From positions 166,534,001 to 166,598,000 of the forward strand of contig NC_058368.1 in assembly GCF_018350175.1 (NCBI RefSeq): DNA of 64,000 nucleotides. The letters are read 5' to 3'. This document shows positions 51,755 to 64,000 of this stretch, piece by piece. The translations under genes and the position numbers were made by a program. Each line of letters begins with the position of its first letter. Position 1 is the stretch's first letter. This DNA comes from Felis catus. Lineage: Eukaryota. Under the pieces are notes generated by a model. The model was not told the origin of the DNA. It did not search any database and saw only the letters and a list, made by a program, of their open reading frames with translations.

Positions 51755-52020
51755 TTGTTACGTGTCTAGGATATTATACTAAAAAGTAAGACATGTAAGA
51801 TTAATATAAGATATGGTCTGTGTGCTTAATGGATTTATAATCTACTTGGGAGAGTGGTGATTTAGTGAAACCATATCATGTTTATGCTAAGTTCCAAATT
51901 AGACTTTTAAATAAAAATAGAGCTAGGAGGACAGAAACAGAAATGATTACCAGGCTCAAGATGCTCTCAGGAAATTGTCAAAGAGCAACTGAATGTTAGA
52001 CTGGGACTCAGTGGAGGAGA
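51755..52020 (-). mobile_element. L2 3' fragment
   Basis: taagatatggtctgtgtgcttaatggatttataatctacttgggaga. Confidence 0.55.
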
Positions 52021-52039
52021 GATAGGTTTCATATCAAAT

Positions 52040-52357
52040 TTTATAAACTCAAATACCCTTTGGAGTCAACCCATGGCTCCAGTGGAAGCCACATCCTTCA
52101 GTAGGTGAAGTCCTAACAGGGAAATAGTCACTCAATTTGATTGGATTCTGCAAGAGTTGACCCAGACTTGGCAGATATCCCAAATTTTATGAGAATAAGA
52201 AAATGTGAAATTTATATTAAATGTCCAGATTTTTAAATACTAACAAGCAATAACATAAAAACCCCCCACCATTTTGCAGGACAAAAAAACCCCGCCAAAA
52301 ACAAAAAAACAAATGCAGTTTTAAATCCACCATTGCTGCTGGTGTGAAACATCGGAT
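52040..52357. mobile_element. hAT-Charlie (MER102-like) MITE
   Basis: taaactcaaatacc...aaatttatattaaatgtccagatttttaaatactaacaa. Confidence 0.5.
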
Positions 52358-55300
52358 TTAAATATATAGCTAGTTAAAACAGAGTGGAAATTGCTATTTC
52401 AGTTACTGTGCTTCAGACAGTAGACAATTTTTAAGCTTATATGGAGAGCATATTGCATAATTGGAGGGAAAAATATGTACCAGTTTGGCTAAATAGCTGC
52501 TGTGGTGGGAATTAAAAAAAATGTTTTTAATTATTTGAATGAGAGTTATTGTGTCAATTTTTAATTGGTTTCTAGGGCAAACAAGTTGATAAAAGTGGGA
52601 CAGGCCAGGAGCCAAAATGATCTACTGACAGGAAAATATCAATTTCTCTAAATAATAAGACACCATAAGAAAATACCTTTATAAAGAAAAAACAAGTTCT
52701 ATATAAAATATCTAACAGGGTTTTAGTTCAAAGATTGAAATTTGTAGAATATTTTTTCAGAAGAAAACCTTTTATAAATAAATTTACAAATAAATATAGA
52801 ACTGCCAGTAGAATTCTAAAATTTATATGTGTTCCAATATGCATAAAGACATTTAATTTAAAAAAAAAAACTTGTCTTTCCTTTATTCTACTTGAAACCC
52901 ATTGGTAGATATGAAGTTGGAGATAACCTCAGTAGACATATGTAAATAAAAGTTTTCAGAAGGATTGCATGACCTCTACTCCTACCTAGTGTCATGGTGA
53001 TAGATGGGGTTACCGTGTGCCCACTTATACCTTCATCACTTTGTAACAAAGCTCTCTTTGGCCTTCATTTATTTTTTCAGACAAATTGTTTTTTTTTTCA
53101 AAACTGCAAATTAGAGAAATACTTTAACTTAAAAATTTTTACTGAGTTACAAGATTTTAGTCAGTAGGCATCTGGCTGGTAAATAATTGAAAATTTACTT
53201 ATACTCCAAAAGTATAACCAAAGGTATTCATATAGAATGAAGATGTTTACCATCTTGTATTTGTATTTGTTCAACATATGTTATCATAGTATTTGTTATC
53301 CTAAAATGTTTATATAAGTATGGATCAACATAGGGCAAGTAGGTCAGATATATATTTTTTACAAACTCTTTTGATGAATATGTCTTCACCAATTTGAAAG
53401 TTAATTAAAAGTTCAACTTTATTTCTTCTTAGTAGAGGTTTTTGTGTTAGAAATTTGTCGTATTGGTGTCCTGAGTTTAAGTATTGTCACTTTTGGATTA
53501 AAGACTCACCTGCTAATTTATCACACATACCTGACATTGAAATTAAGTTTATAGAATCATCTGAATTTTGATTCATGGATAACTTGAGAAGTAAAGATTT
53601 CATTAGAATTAACTGGTAGGAAAATTATTGAAAAGTCCTTAGCGGTGAGATTTTAAAAAAAGAAATGCTGGAGACATGCGTAAAGGAATAAAGACTGACA
53701 AGACTGTGCTGTCACACAGTTTTCATGATTAAGTATATTTATACTTTTTGTTGAAACTCCTATAAGTAATATGATGAGTAAATTTACTGAAAACTATCTA
53801 GATACATATATATATATGTAGATATAGAGATATAGATACGTTATTTGGGAGGTGAATTGCAACAAAGAAATCTCAATGGGCAAAATCAAAGATCAGGAGA
53901 AGACATAGAACTTGATCAGTTTTACTTAATGGTCTCTACATTAGGGGTATTTTTTTCAACCTGTAACTTTAATATCTCAGTTCCTTAAGAACTTCCTTCA
54001 AGTTCCTTGAAGCCATTGAATAAAGAATAGGAAAAAAAAAATAGAACCAAGAAGAAAAAAGATTTTCTTCTGTTTTCCAGGAAAAACAAACGTTTCTCCA
54101 AAATTGAAAAAGAATTTAAAATTACCTATTGAGTGAATGAAAATAACATAAGAGGGAATTTGCCAACCCAGGTGTAAATATTTTCAGTGTTCTGAGTACA
54201 ATCCAAAAGTAGGGCTGGATGAGAATTTATGAGGTGCTTACTGGGGTTTCAAGACTATTGCCTGACAAGGGATTTGACCTTCCTCCCACTGTGAGTTACA
54301 CCTGATCAAAAATTGATAGCTTGTATTAATTCAAAGTTGATTTAGGTAGTTCAATTTCAGTTCATTTTATTAGGTTATAGAAAGAATGAAAATGTTCTGT
54401 ATGATAAAATCAGGAAGCAAGAATTTTTCTCACAGTAACACAGGATCAAATTTTTAGTAATGGTTTTTGCTTGGTTCAATTGGCACATTGAACATTTCCA
54501 TGTCCCTAAAGATGAGTAGTTTGATCGAAAAGAGAGATGTCCAGGTGCAGAAATCTAATAGTACTACTCAGTATGACTTAGATAGCAACTCCTCAGTAAA
54601 AGAAGAGAAATTACTTCCAGAATAGAGACTGCTTAAGCAGACACCATCACGAAAACTCACTGAAGTTCTTAATAATTTTGTTGGCTCACAAAGCAACCCC
54701 TAATAATGTTTTCAACTATGTGCTAACATTGTTTATTTTTAAGGTGATACCATGAAAAAATATATTATCTGTGTGTGTGAGTATGGCTGAGAAGCTCAGT
54801 GGTATCAATTAGTCATTAAAGCACCATCAAATATATAGAAATGATGGCTGGCAGTGGTAACAATTCTAACAGCCTAACAGTCTGTCAGGTTCCAATTCTT
54901 TACCCTAGAGTGCTGGATGACCCAATGCCTTTGCTTGAAAAGTTACTCTATTGACAGAGGTATATTTTAAGATTTATATTCTGCCTGTAATTTTTTTTAC
55001 TTTTTGTGAAATAGTTATTGCAAGATGCAAATTAATGCATTTGAGGAGGTATTTTGCAATTAAAATCTGACATAATGCTTAATCATATAAATGTGTCTCA
55101 CACTTCTGAAATATTGACAAATGGTAGACTTCTTTTCTTCCTTTACCTTATTAGTGAATATTCAGGAATATAGAGTTCGTTACAGTGTTGAGTCTGATCT
55201 GCAAAATTGGAAAGGTCAGGAGATGTGTGTAATCTTCAGTATACACTTATGTTGTAGTTGTTGTTTTAGTTCGTTTGTGATGATGCCAAATTATTTAAAA

Positions 55301-55791
55301 CACAAAATATGAAAGTATTGTTGCCCTTACATTAAACTTTAGTATAAATTGAAGCTTTAAAAAGCCTCATATTTTTTCAATCAAAACATAGACATATATT
55401 TCTGGTAAATACAGCTTTTAATTTTCAAAATAGTATTTAATACACAACGGCATTACAATACACATGGCAATACACATGGTATTTCAAATGGTTGAAATTC
55501 CTTTTTTAACAAAAATATTCACTACTGTGTTTATAAGATTGAGTTGATCAAGGATAGTGCAAGACACTGAAGATAAACCAGGAAAGAGAGAAGAGTTTGG
55601 GAGCTAAAACAGCATGTACAACATGAGGAAAACACTTCAGTAAGTAGCTTATCTCCCTTCATGCATACCAATCTGAGTAGAAGAGAAGGAGACAACAGAA
55701 AGAAATGTAAGAATGGTTGACGGACTAAAAACCTGTGAGGAATATTTGAGTGCACAATAAAACTTAACCTTTCAGTCATCAAACAGATCTC

Positions 55792-55986
55792 AGGGCACCT
55801 GGGTGGCTCAGTGGGGTAAGTGTTTGCTTTTGGTTCAGGTCATGATCTCATGGTTTGTGAGTTTGAGCTATGCATTGGACTCTCTGCTTGTCAGCACAGA
55901 TCCTGCTTCTGATTCTGTTTCCCTCTCTGCCCCTCCCCTACTTTCACTCCCTCTCTGTCTCTCTCAAAATAAATAAATTTTTTTAA
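55792..55986 (+). mobile_element. CanSINE
   Basis: gggcacctgggtggctcag head, flanks aaacagatctc/aaagagatctc. Confidence 0.94.
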
Positions 55987-56341
55987 AAGGCAAAGAGATC
56001 TCCATTCCTCAATCAGAAGTTGTTAGCATGTGTAGTGATGGCATTGTGAAAATAACCATATAGAGGCATCAAAAGACATGAAATACGCAATGAGACAACA
56101 GTGACAGTGATTACAATGAATAGAGGAATTTACAAAGTCTCCCAGATGGCTGAAATAACAGGAAATTGTATAGAAAGCAGGAGAAAAATGGATAAAGGCC
56201 AAGTGGTATTACTTTCAAACTATCTAAAGTGAAAGGATAAATTGTTACTGTTGTTCTTTTTTTATAAATTTTCAGTATGTTGCAGACCAATACTTTTGTG
56301 AAGTGAAATAAAAATAAATTATACCAGGAATTAACTGAACA

Positions 56342-57855
56342 TGGATTAAAAACCTAAAGTTAAAAGGCAAACTATAAAACACATAGAAAATAACATAGGA
56401 GAAAACCTAGATGACCTTGGATACGGTGATGACTTTCTAGATGCAACACCAGAGGCACAATCCATGAAAGAAATAATTGACAAGATGAAGAAGACAAACC
56501 ACAGACTGGGATAAAATATTTTCAAAAGGCACATCTGATAAAGGACTATTATCAAAAATACACAAAGGACTTGTAAAACTCAACAGTGAAAAACAACAAC
56601 AGCAACAACAAAAAAACAGATTAGTAAATAAGACAAAAACTATAATGAACCTCTCACCAAGGAAGATACACAGATGACAAACAAGTATAGGTGAAGGTGC
56701 ACCACATCATAGGTTATTAGGGAAATGAAAATTAAAACAATAATGCAATGCCACTATGTACCTATTAGAGTGACCAAAATATAGAACACTGACAACAACA
56801 AATGTTGATGAGAATGTGAAGCAACAGGAACTCTCATTTATCACAGATATGGCAAAATGATACAGCCATTCTGGAAAACATTTTGGCATTTTCTTACAAA
56901 ATTAAGCATACTCTTAACGTAGGAGTCAGCAATTGTACTCCTTCATATTTATCCAAAGGAGTTGAAAACTTATGTCCACAAAAAACCTGAAGATAAGTAT
57001 TGTTCACACGTTTGTTTGTAACCACCAAAGCTAGGAAGCAACCAAGATGTCCTTCACTAGGAGAATGGATATATTAACTGTGGTACATGCAGAAAATGGA
57101 ATACTTTTTAGAGTTAAAAAAGATATGAGCTATCAGTCCATGAAAATACATGGAGGAAACACGTGTTACTAAGTAAAATAAGCCAGTGTGAATATGATAC
57201 ATGTATGATTCCAACTATGTGATATTCTGGAAAGGCAAAACTGGGATCAGTGAAAATATTCATGGTTGTCTGGATTTGACACAAGGAATGAGTTAGACTG
57301 AGCATAGAGAATTTTTAGGACAGTGAAAATACTCTGTATGGTATTATCATGATGGATATGGCCAGTAAACATTTGTCCAAACCCACAGAATGTACAACAC
57401 CAAGAGCAGATTGTAATGTAAATTATGGACTTTGGGTGGTTATGTCAATGAAGTTTCATCCATGGAGAAAAATGGAAAAATAGAAAAATAGCCTGGGTGG
57501 CTCAGCTGGTTAAGCGTCTGACTCTTGATATTGGCTCAGGTCATGATCTCACAGTTCCTGGAATTATGCCTCGCGTCAGGCTCTGCACTATAAACACGGA
57601 GCCTCCTTGGGATTCTCTCTCTCCCTCTCACTTTGCCCTTCCTGAGCATGTTCTCTCTCTCAAAATAAATAAACCTTTAAAAAAATCTCAGAGAGCAAGA
57701 TAAATAATATTTAAAAATTAATAAAGTGTCATCCTATTCGGGGATATCAATAATGGAAGAGACTATGCAGGTGGCAGGTCAAGGGGTATATGGGAACACT
57801 CTATCTTCTCAATTTTGTTGTTAATCTAAAGCTCTAAAATTTTCTTTAAAAAGCA
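56342..57855 (+). mobile_element. L1MC-like element, ORF2 3' part plus 3' UTR
   Basis: gaaaataacataggagaaaacctagatgaccttgg, caaaggagttgaaaacttatgtccaca, catttgtccaaacccacagaatgtacaacaccaagag. Confidence 0.9.
57491..57685 (+). mobile_element. CanSINE within the L1 3' UTR
   Basis: gcctgggtggctcagctggttaagcgtctgactcttg. Confidence 0.93.
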
Positions 57856-59274
57856 AACAAATAAGTAAAATAATCTTGCCTTCTAAATAAAGAGACTTGA
57901 TGAAGAACAACAATCATTTATTTAGTAATGAATATAATTTACCATAAAGTACAAATTCCATATTTAGCTAACTTCTTTGAAAATGGACTTGCAAATACAT
58001 AAACATAATGGTATACATATAATCGTCCTCCAGTAAAGACAATGTGAAGTTCTATTTGTACATATAACATAGTATGCTACTAAGACAGGTTATCTAATTT
58101 TTAAAATGTATTTGAGTGTCCATGGAGCATTTCTCCTTTTTCAAGTGCTATAACACAAGTGCTATGTTTTCTTACACAGTTGCTATAGAAACTCTGTATG
58201 TTATTGGATAGTAAATTAGGAAACTCATAAAGCCTTTTTATAACACAAAGATTAGAAATCTTGTTTGGTTGCTGCAGTTATTTGCAATGTATCCCTAAAA
58301 AAGAATTGAATGACTCTAATCAAGTAAGTGATATTTCTCATTGCTACCATTTTTCTTTAGATTTCCTTACCTAGAGTAAATAATGATACTGTGATGAGTA
58401 GTTAATGGATGAAGAAAAACATCTTATATGCATAAATTCTAAGAGTTTACAAATACACATGCATATACACATATACATATGTATGTGTGTATATGTGTGT
58501 ATTTAAGTGTACACATACACATATGTATACATAGATGTTTTTAAAAGCTTTAATTAATTCAAAGTTGTAATTCATAATTGCATAAATGTTTGCTTCTGCG
58601 TATACCTACGAAGGTGAGAGAAAAACCTTCACAAATAACACAAGCTCACTGTTGAACCATTACACCAATGTATGCTGAGAATATTAAAATAGTTTCTATT
58701 ATATTGTGTCTTTCTGGACCTTTATGTCCATCATCCTTTAAATAACAGTGAATATATACAATGTTAAGATGTGGGAATTTAATTTGTACTGCTGACAAAG
58801 TGAGATTGTAATGGTTGTAACATTCTGTTATCCATGGAATTTTCTATTCCTTGGAAGTTAATAGCTCTCTTTTAAATAACAACTTTTTAATTCAAAACAC
58901 AAAGATTGGGACTACACTGACATAGTGAAGGGCAAGTAATATGACGTAATCACTTGGTGAAATCAAGGTTTGCCTTTATTGCTTATTTGGAGAAAAGGGC
59001 CCTTTGATGCCTTTAAGGTGGGCTTCCACATCACCAAGTAGAACTAAAATGGTCACTGATGTGGAAGAGCTGTAAGGTAGAGAACAATCTTAAAACGTTA
59101 CTAATATTTCTCTAAGAATAAAAACCTAAATAATTTATTAAAAGCTTAGAAATCAAAATGGCTATACAGGCAAATATAGTTGCGTTTGGTAAATGTGTAT
59201 TCCTCACAGAGAAATGTCATTGCTCACCATCCAGCTCACTCGTCAAATATCAGAGTATCTGAATATTGGAAGTA

Positions 59275-59362
59275 CCTTGAAGGTAGAGGGGTCTTATCTG
59301 TATGAAGCAAGTGCCTAATGTCTAATAGCTGTTGACTAAATGTTTGTGAATGAATAAATGAG
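59275..59362 (+). mobile_element. L2 3' end
   Basis: ccttgaaggtagaggggtcttatc...ctaaatgtttgtgaatgaataaatga. Confidence 0.6.
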
Positions 59363-59737
59363 AAAGTAGACTGCAGTCTCACTTTTCAGGAATATGTCTC
59401 AACCCTTCCAAGTTCTATTTTCTTGAGAAGCATAGTTGAGGGGAAAAAGAACATCCATTTTTTTGCCTATAATGTTTCAGTATATTGGTCATCAGTAAAT
59501 AATGTGATGCATGGATGATACATTGTATTTCTTTTTAGTAAAACTCTGAAATGATTAAAATATAAGTAAGCTGTTTTCTATTTCTAGACAAAGTTGCACT
59601 TTTTGATGAATCTTCCTTGTGAAATAATAATACCAACACGGATTTTAAAAAATAAATAAATAAACAAATAGAATGTAGCCATTCTCAGTGGAAGAAAAAA
59701 GTGATCAGTCAACTCTGTGAGATCCTTCTAACCTAAT

Positions 59738-59925
59738 ATCTGACAAAGTATGGTCCCTGGATCAGAAGTTTCATAATGGCCTGGGGCATTTGGAAAAAAA
59801 TCAGTTACATGGACCAATCTCAGACCTACCGGATTAGAATCTCTGGGAAAGGTGAGGCTTAGGAAGCTGTGTTCCTAAAATGACCCCAGGGAATCATTAT
59901 GTTCATTCAACTTTGAGAAGCACTG
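59738..59925. mobile_element. MER5A-like hAT-Charlie MITE
   Basis: caaagtatggtccctggatcag...cagacctaccggattagaatctctggg...tttgagaagcactg. Confidence 0.8.
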
Positions 59926-60499
59926 AACAGCCAGATGGGCCTTAAGACATGGACATAGGCTTCATTTTTACTCACCATCTCTCGTTTATTTTCTTGAATA
60001 GTACTTTGCAAATATGCTGTTGAGTAGAAATAATTAAAAAACACTACCACATACCTGCATTAAAAAATAAATACATGATTTGTTGCCACAGTTCAATAAG
60101 GTAATGTCAACATATACTGACACTAGAAAATCAGTGACTATGAAAGTTCACTCAGGCTTCCTAAGAAGGATCTCTGATTAACACTGTTTATCTGAGATTC
60201 TCAGAAGTTCGTTACATTATGTCAGCTATTTTCATAGTGTGTTAGGATTTTTAAGAATGGCTTAAACTTGCTCAAAACTACACACATAATAATAAGATAA
60301 AAATTAGAAAAATAAATCTGCCTCCTATTGAGTACTCAGTTATGCTAGGCACTCTTATGGGACCCTATCCATATACACTTGTGAATTTCAAATATATGGG
60401 GATATAGTCCTTATTTAAAAAAAAATTACCTTACATTTCCAAAAATAGTTCAGCAAAACATCTCAGTGTCTACCAAAATTTGTGCTGTAAAATATTTCT

Positions 60500-60742
60500 G
60501 CCAGGTTATTCTTGAAGCAAATGTGGTCAATATGTTTGGAATGTATTACTACGCTCTATTGCTCTGTTGACAAATTCAAAGTAGGTATCATAATATTAAG
60601 GGTTCTGAGAAGTTGTATAATAAGGATACCAGTTTAAATTGTCCTCCAAGTATTTTTTACCATAATGTTATGTTTTATAGTAGTATAATAGTTTCTAATG
60701 TCACAGAACTGGTACTCTAACAATATATTTTTAGAAGGATTC
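60500..60742. mobile_element. Old hAT-Charlie (MER113-like) fragment
   Basis: gtggtcaatatgtttggaa...atattaagggttctgagaagttgtataataagga. Confidence 0.45.
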
Positions 60743-62997
60743 TTCAGTTAAAATATTTTTTTGGAAAGATAACCTAGGATTCAACTATTTTTTGCTCCTA
60801 AATCCAGAAGAAGGTGTGCACATATGTTTAAGGCATTTGTACTAATCTTTGAGACATTGTAACTAAATATTACATTCTAGTCCTAATATACATTTCTTAC
60901 CAAACTTAATGGAACTAAGGTAAATTATTTTTGATACCATATTGATAGATCCCAGGAGAAATTTTCTGAAGTCCAAGTTAGATTCAAATACTTACAAATT
61001 AGACAAAGAGTTTGCTGCAGTCACATTGACAATAATATTATTTCACTGTTTTGTGATTGAAGTAAACACAATTTAAAAATAGTTTGAAGTAAAGTCAAAA
61101 AATACAATATTTAGACAGGGTATAAGTGGCATAATTGACATCTTTTAAGAATAAGATATTGTTCAGTTATTCTTTTCATTTTTCTATCTTCTTGTCATTC
61201 TTTGACATCACAAACAAAACATGATCTAGCCTTTTCAATGAATGAAGGGTAAAGTGACATCAAAATGTCTCTTTTTATGATATTTACCATTATCAGTCAA
61301 TGGTCCTTTCTTCCCATTTGTTTTGAATTAGATATAAAATCCCTGTCATGGAAAGACATCATCATTTTGCTTTAAGCCTAACATGATTTGTCTCTTTTTT
61401 AACATGTGATATGTGAATAATTTACTTTGTTTTACGTGTTTCATAAATATTTTTGTTGTGCTTTGCAATTTTATCTTTTCACCCCTTTCTTTAGTAAAAA
61501 TACATTTGTGAATACATAAGAGTGAATATAATGAAAATGATAAAAAATCATTGATCATTCAATGATCAAATTAGTTATACATTGAAGGTTGTGTTGTTTA
61601 TAGTAGAAAAATGACAACCTTACAAGTTCCATGGAAAAATAATTTTAAAATATCTCCAGAGCTCTCAATTCTGAATAAAGATTGAATGGAGATTATTGAC
61701 ACAATGAGAAAAGAGAATATAAAGCATTTGGGTTAAAGCAATGAGTCTGATTTTCTCTATTTACCAGTGCACATTATGCCACCATTTTACTGTATCATAA
61801 GTGTGGCTTAAAATAAATGAAAATTGTCCCTAAAATGAGTTTCAAAAAAGTATACATGTGTATGAATCTGAAGTCAGGAGGGAGAAAGGAAAAGGATTCA
61901 GTCAGTACCTCCAAAGTTAATATATCTGAATTCTATTTTTAGGCCATGTTAAGATCATTAACAATTGTAATTATTTTTCAGAAATCTAAAAATATTCTTT
62001 ATCAATACTACATTGCAAACTGGACAGCGTATTCTTTCAATTTCATAGTTAAGTAATGTTTCTGTGATGAATGGTGTCTTCAATTATTTCCATTGATTAT
62101 GAATTCAGCTGCTCATGACAATATGATGAGGATATATGTCGATAATTTTTAGGTCTCCCGTTAATGTAGTATACTTAATGAAAAAGAGGCAAGTGTACCC
62201 AGGATGGCCGTAGAAGTTTTTTCATTTAGCATACAAAACCATTGATTAACTAGGCTGGATCTGAACATTGCAAAATGGTTAATGTCTCAAAACAATTAAC
62301 CTCTCAAAATCATTAATCTTTCAAAATACATAGTACAACCATTATTGTTAAACTAGGTTAGAAAATAATAGTATGTGATGGTTTAATGGCTTTGATTTCA
62401 AAGAACTCACCTTCAGCATATTTTGTTAAAAGTGGGTTTCTTTTAATTTTTCTTGTAGAAACCTTATCAGGACCAGTTTCAATAATTTATTTAATATGTA
62501 ATTTATACCTGAAAGGTTGAAATTCTTATAGATCAATAACCATGCATATTTTTTCCAGGTATGCATGCTGAAGTGTTTGGGTAAAGTAGATAGCTGAAAT
62601 GTGGTGAGATTTTTAACTTAAAATATGTAATCAAACATGAAATTAACCCATACAGCAAAACATTAATACTTGTAAAATTCATATAGGGCTATTACATAAG
62701 TCTCTCTAATTTATGATTAACATTTGGTAGTGAAAATTGGAAACAAATCAGTACACAAAAACAGATGTAAAATAACAAAAATAAGAGTAAGCCTTTCTTT
62801 TTTTATGATTTGTGTAAAGAAAAGCTTTTAAAATAAGACAAACACTAACAAGACCATAAGAACTAACTAATTTGATAGCATAAAGTGATGCAATTTTGAA
62901 CTTTACACACAATCAATACTAAAGGAGTCATCAAAAGACAAATCATAAACTGGAAAAAACTGAAACCAAGAAACCTGCAAAAAGATTGTTATTTTGT

Positions 62998-63425
62998 CTG
63001 TATGGCTTATTTCACTTAGCATAACACTCTCCAGTTCCATCCATGTTGCTACAAAGGGCCATATTTCATTCTTTCTCATTGCCATGTAGTACTCCATTGT
63101 GTATATAAACCACAATTTTTTTATCCATTCATCAGCTGATGGACATTTAGGCTCTTTCCATAATTTGCCTACCATATGGTTTCACTCTTATGTGGATCCT
63201 GAGAAACTCAACAGAAACCCATGGGAGGGGAAGGAAAAAAAAAGAGGTTAGAGTGGAAGAGAGCCAAAGCATAAGAGACTCTTAAAAACTGAGAACAAAC
63301 TGAGGGTTGATGGGGGGTGGAGGGAGGGGAGGGTGGGTGACGGGTATTGAGGAGGGCACATTTTGGGAAGAGCACTGGGTATTGTATGGAAACCAATTTG
63401 ACAATAAACTTCATATATTGAAAAT
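62998..63425 (+). mobile_element. Young feline L1 with 5' inversion and 18-bp TSD
   Basis: 62998-63169 antisense ORF2 end, 63170-63425 sense ORF2 end plus 3' UTR, TSD aaaagattgtta(t/c)tttgt. Confidence 0.96.
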
Positions 63426-64000
63426 AAAAGATTGTTACTTTGTATAGATGTCATATGCAAGCCAATAAGAAAAATAAAAATAAAACAAAAATTGGTTAAA
63501 TTGCATGTATTCAAAATGATAACTAGTAGTTCCAAGTTATTGATTCTTACAATAGCATATGAGAGTTTCTGCTTCCCTACCTTCTTGCTAACTTCTATCA
63601 AATTTAATATGTAGTTTCTAATTTGATAGGCAAAATATTTGATTATTTCTTATATTGGGATTGAGATATGTTTTTATGTGTCAGAAGCTGTTTCTTTTTC
63701 CATTAGTTAATTGCCTATTCACATAATTATGTGAAAAAATAAACACACACATATATATATCCAGAGTGTGTATACCTATGGGAAGTAGAACTCCCATGAG
63801 ACTCAAATTTTAATGTATTTCCTTTTGTACTCATTTAATGTATTTTCTTTTATAATATAAATTTTTAAAAATATCCAAAGTAGGTAAAACTGTGTTATCA
63901 ATATAATACTCTTGTTTTAGTATCGAGAGATAAGATTTTTTATAAGATAGCAGCAAATATATCTTCACTCACAATTAAGTTATTTCTGGTCTTGTGTTGT

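Noticed and set aside
54512..54625. 37-codon ORF MSSLIEKRDVQ...KLLPE in a repeat-poor region
   Set aside because: Length is within chance expectation, with no splice or homology support.
62060..62265. C-box-like gtgatga/atgatga motifs suggesting a C/D snoRNA
   Set aside because: No suitably spaced D box with a terminal stem.

Overview
This is eukaryotic, AT-rich, repeat-dense mammalian DNA, almost certainly from a cat-family (Felidae) genome. It carries about 31 tRNA-derived CanSINE copies (four are near-identical young SINEC_Fc-type) and three young feline-type L1 3' ends. I cannot support any host protein-coding exon, RNA gene or CRISPR array, so the window reads as intergenic or deep-intronic. 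The ORF track is explained by repeats, microsatellites or chance. Older layers include fragmented L1M elements, L2, L3/CR1, MIR, MaLR/ERVL LTRs, two ERV1-type solo LTRs, three Tigger-family DNA transposons, hAT-Charlie MITEs and a two-LTR ERV1 provirus (13626-18488) with gag, integrase and env remnants. The most interesting signals are retrotransposition events readable from the sequence: an L1 3' transduction inside a SINE tail (33156-34418), a twin-primed 5'-inverted L1 (62980-63443), a four-level nested insertion stack (25159-26130), a ~2 kb mini-L1 keeping both termini (3033-5292), and an env in which a leader peptide is joined almost directly to TM. Repeat family names come from recalled consensus sequences, not a database search. 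Boundaries of old elements are approximate. I found no evidence for a new functional biological system.
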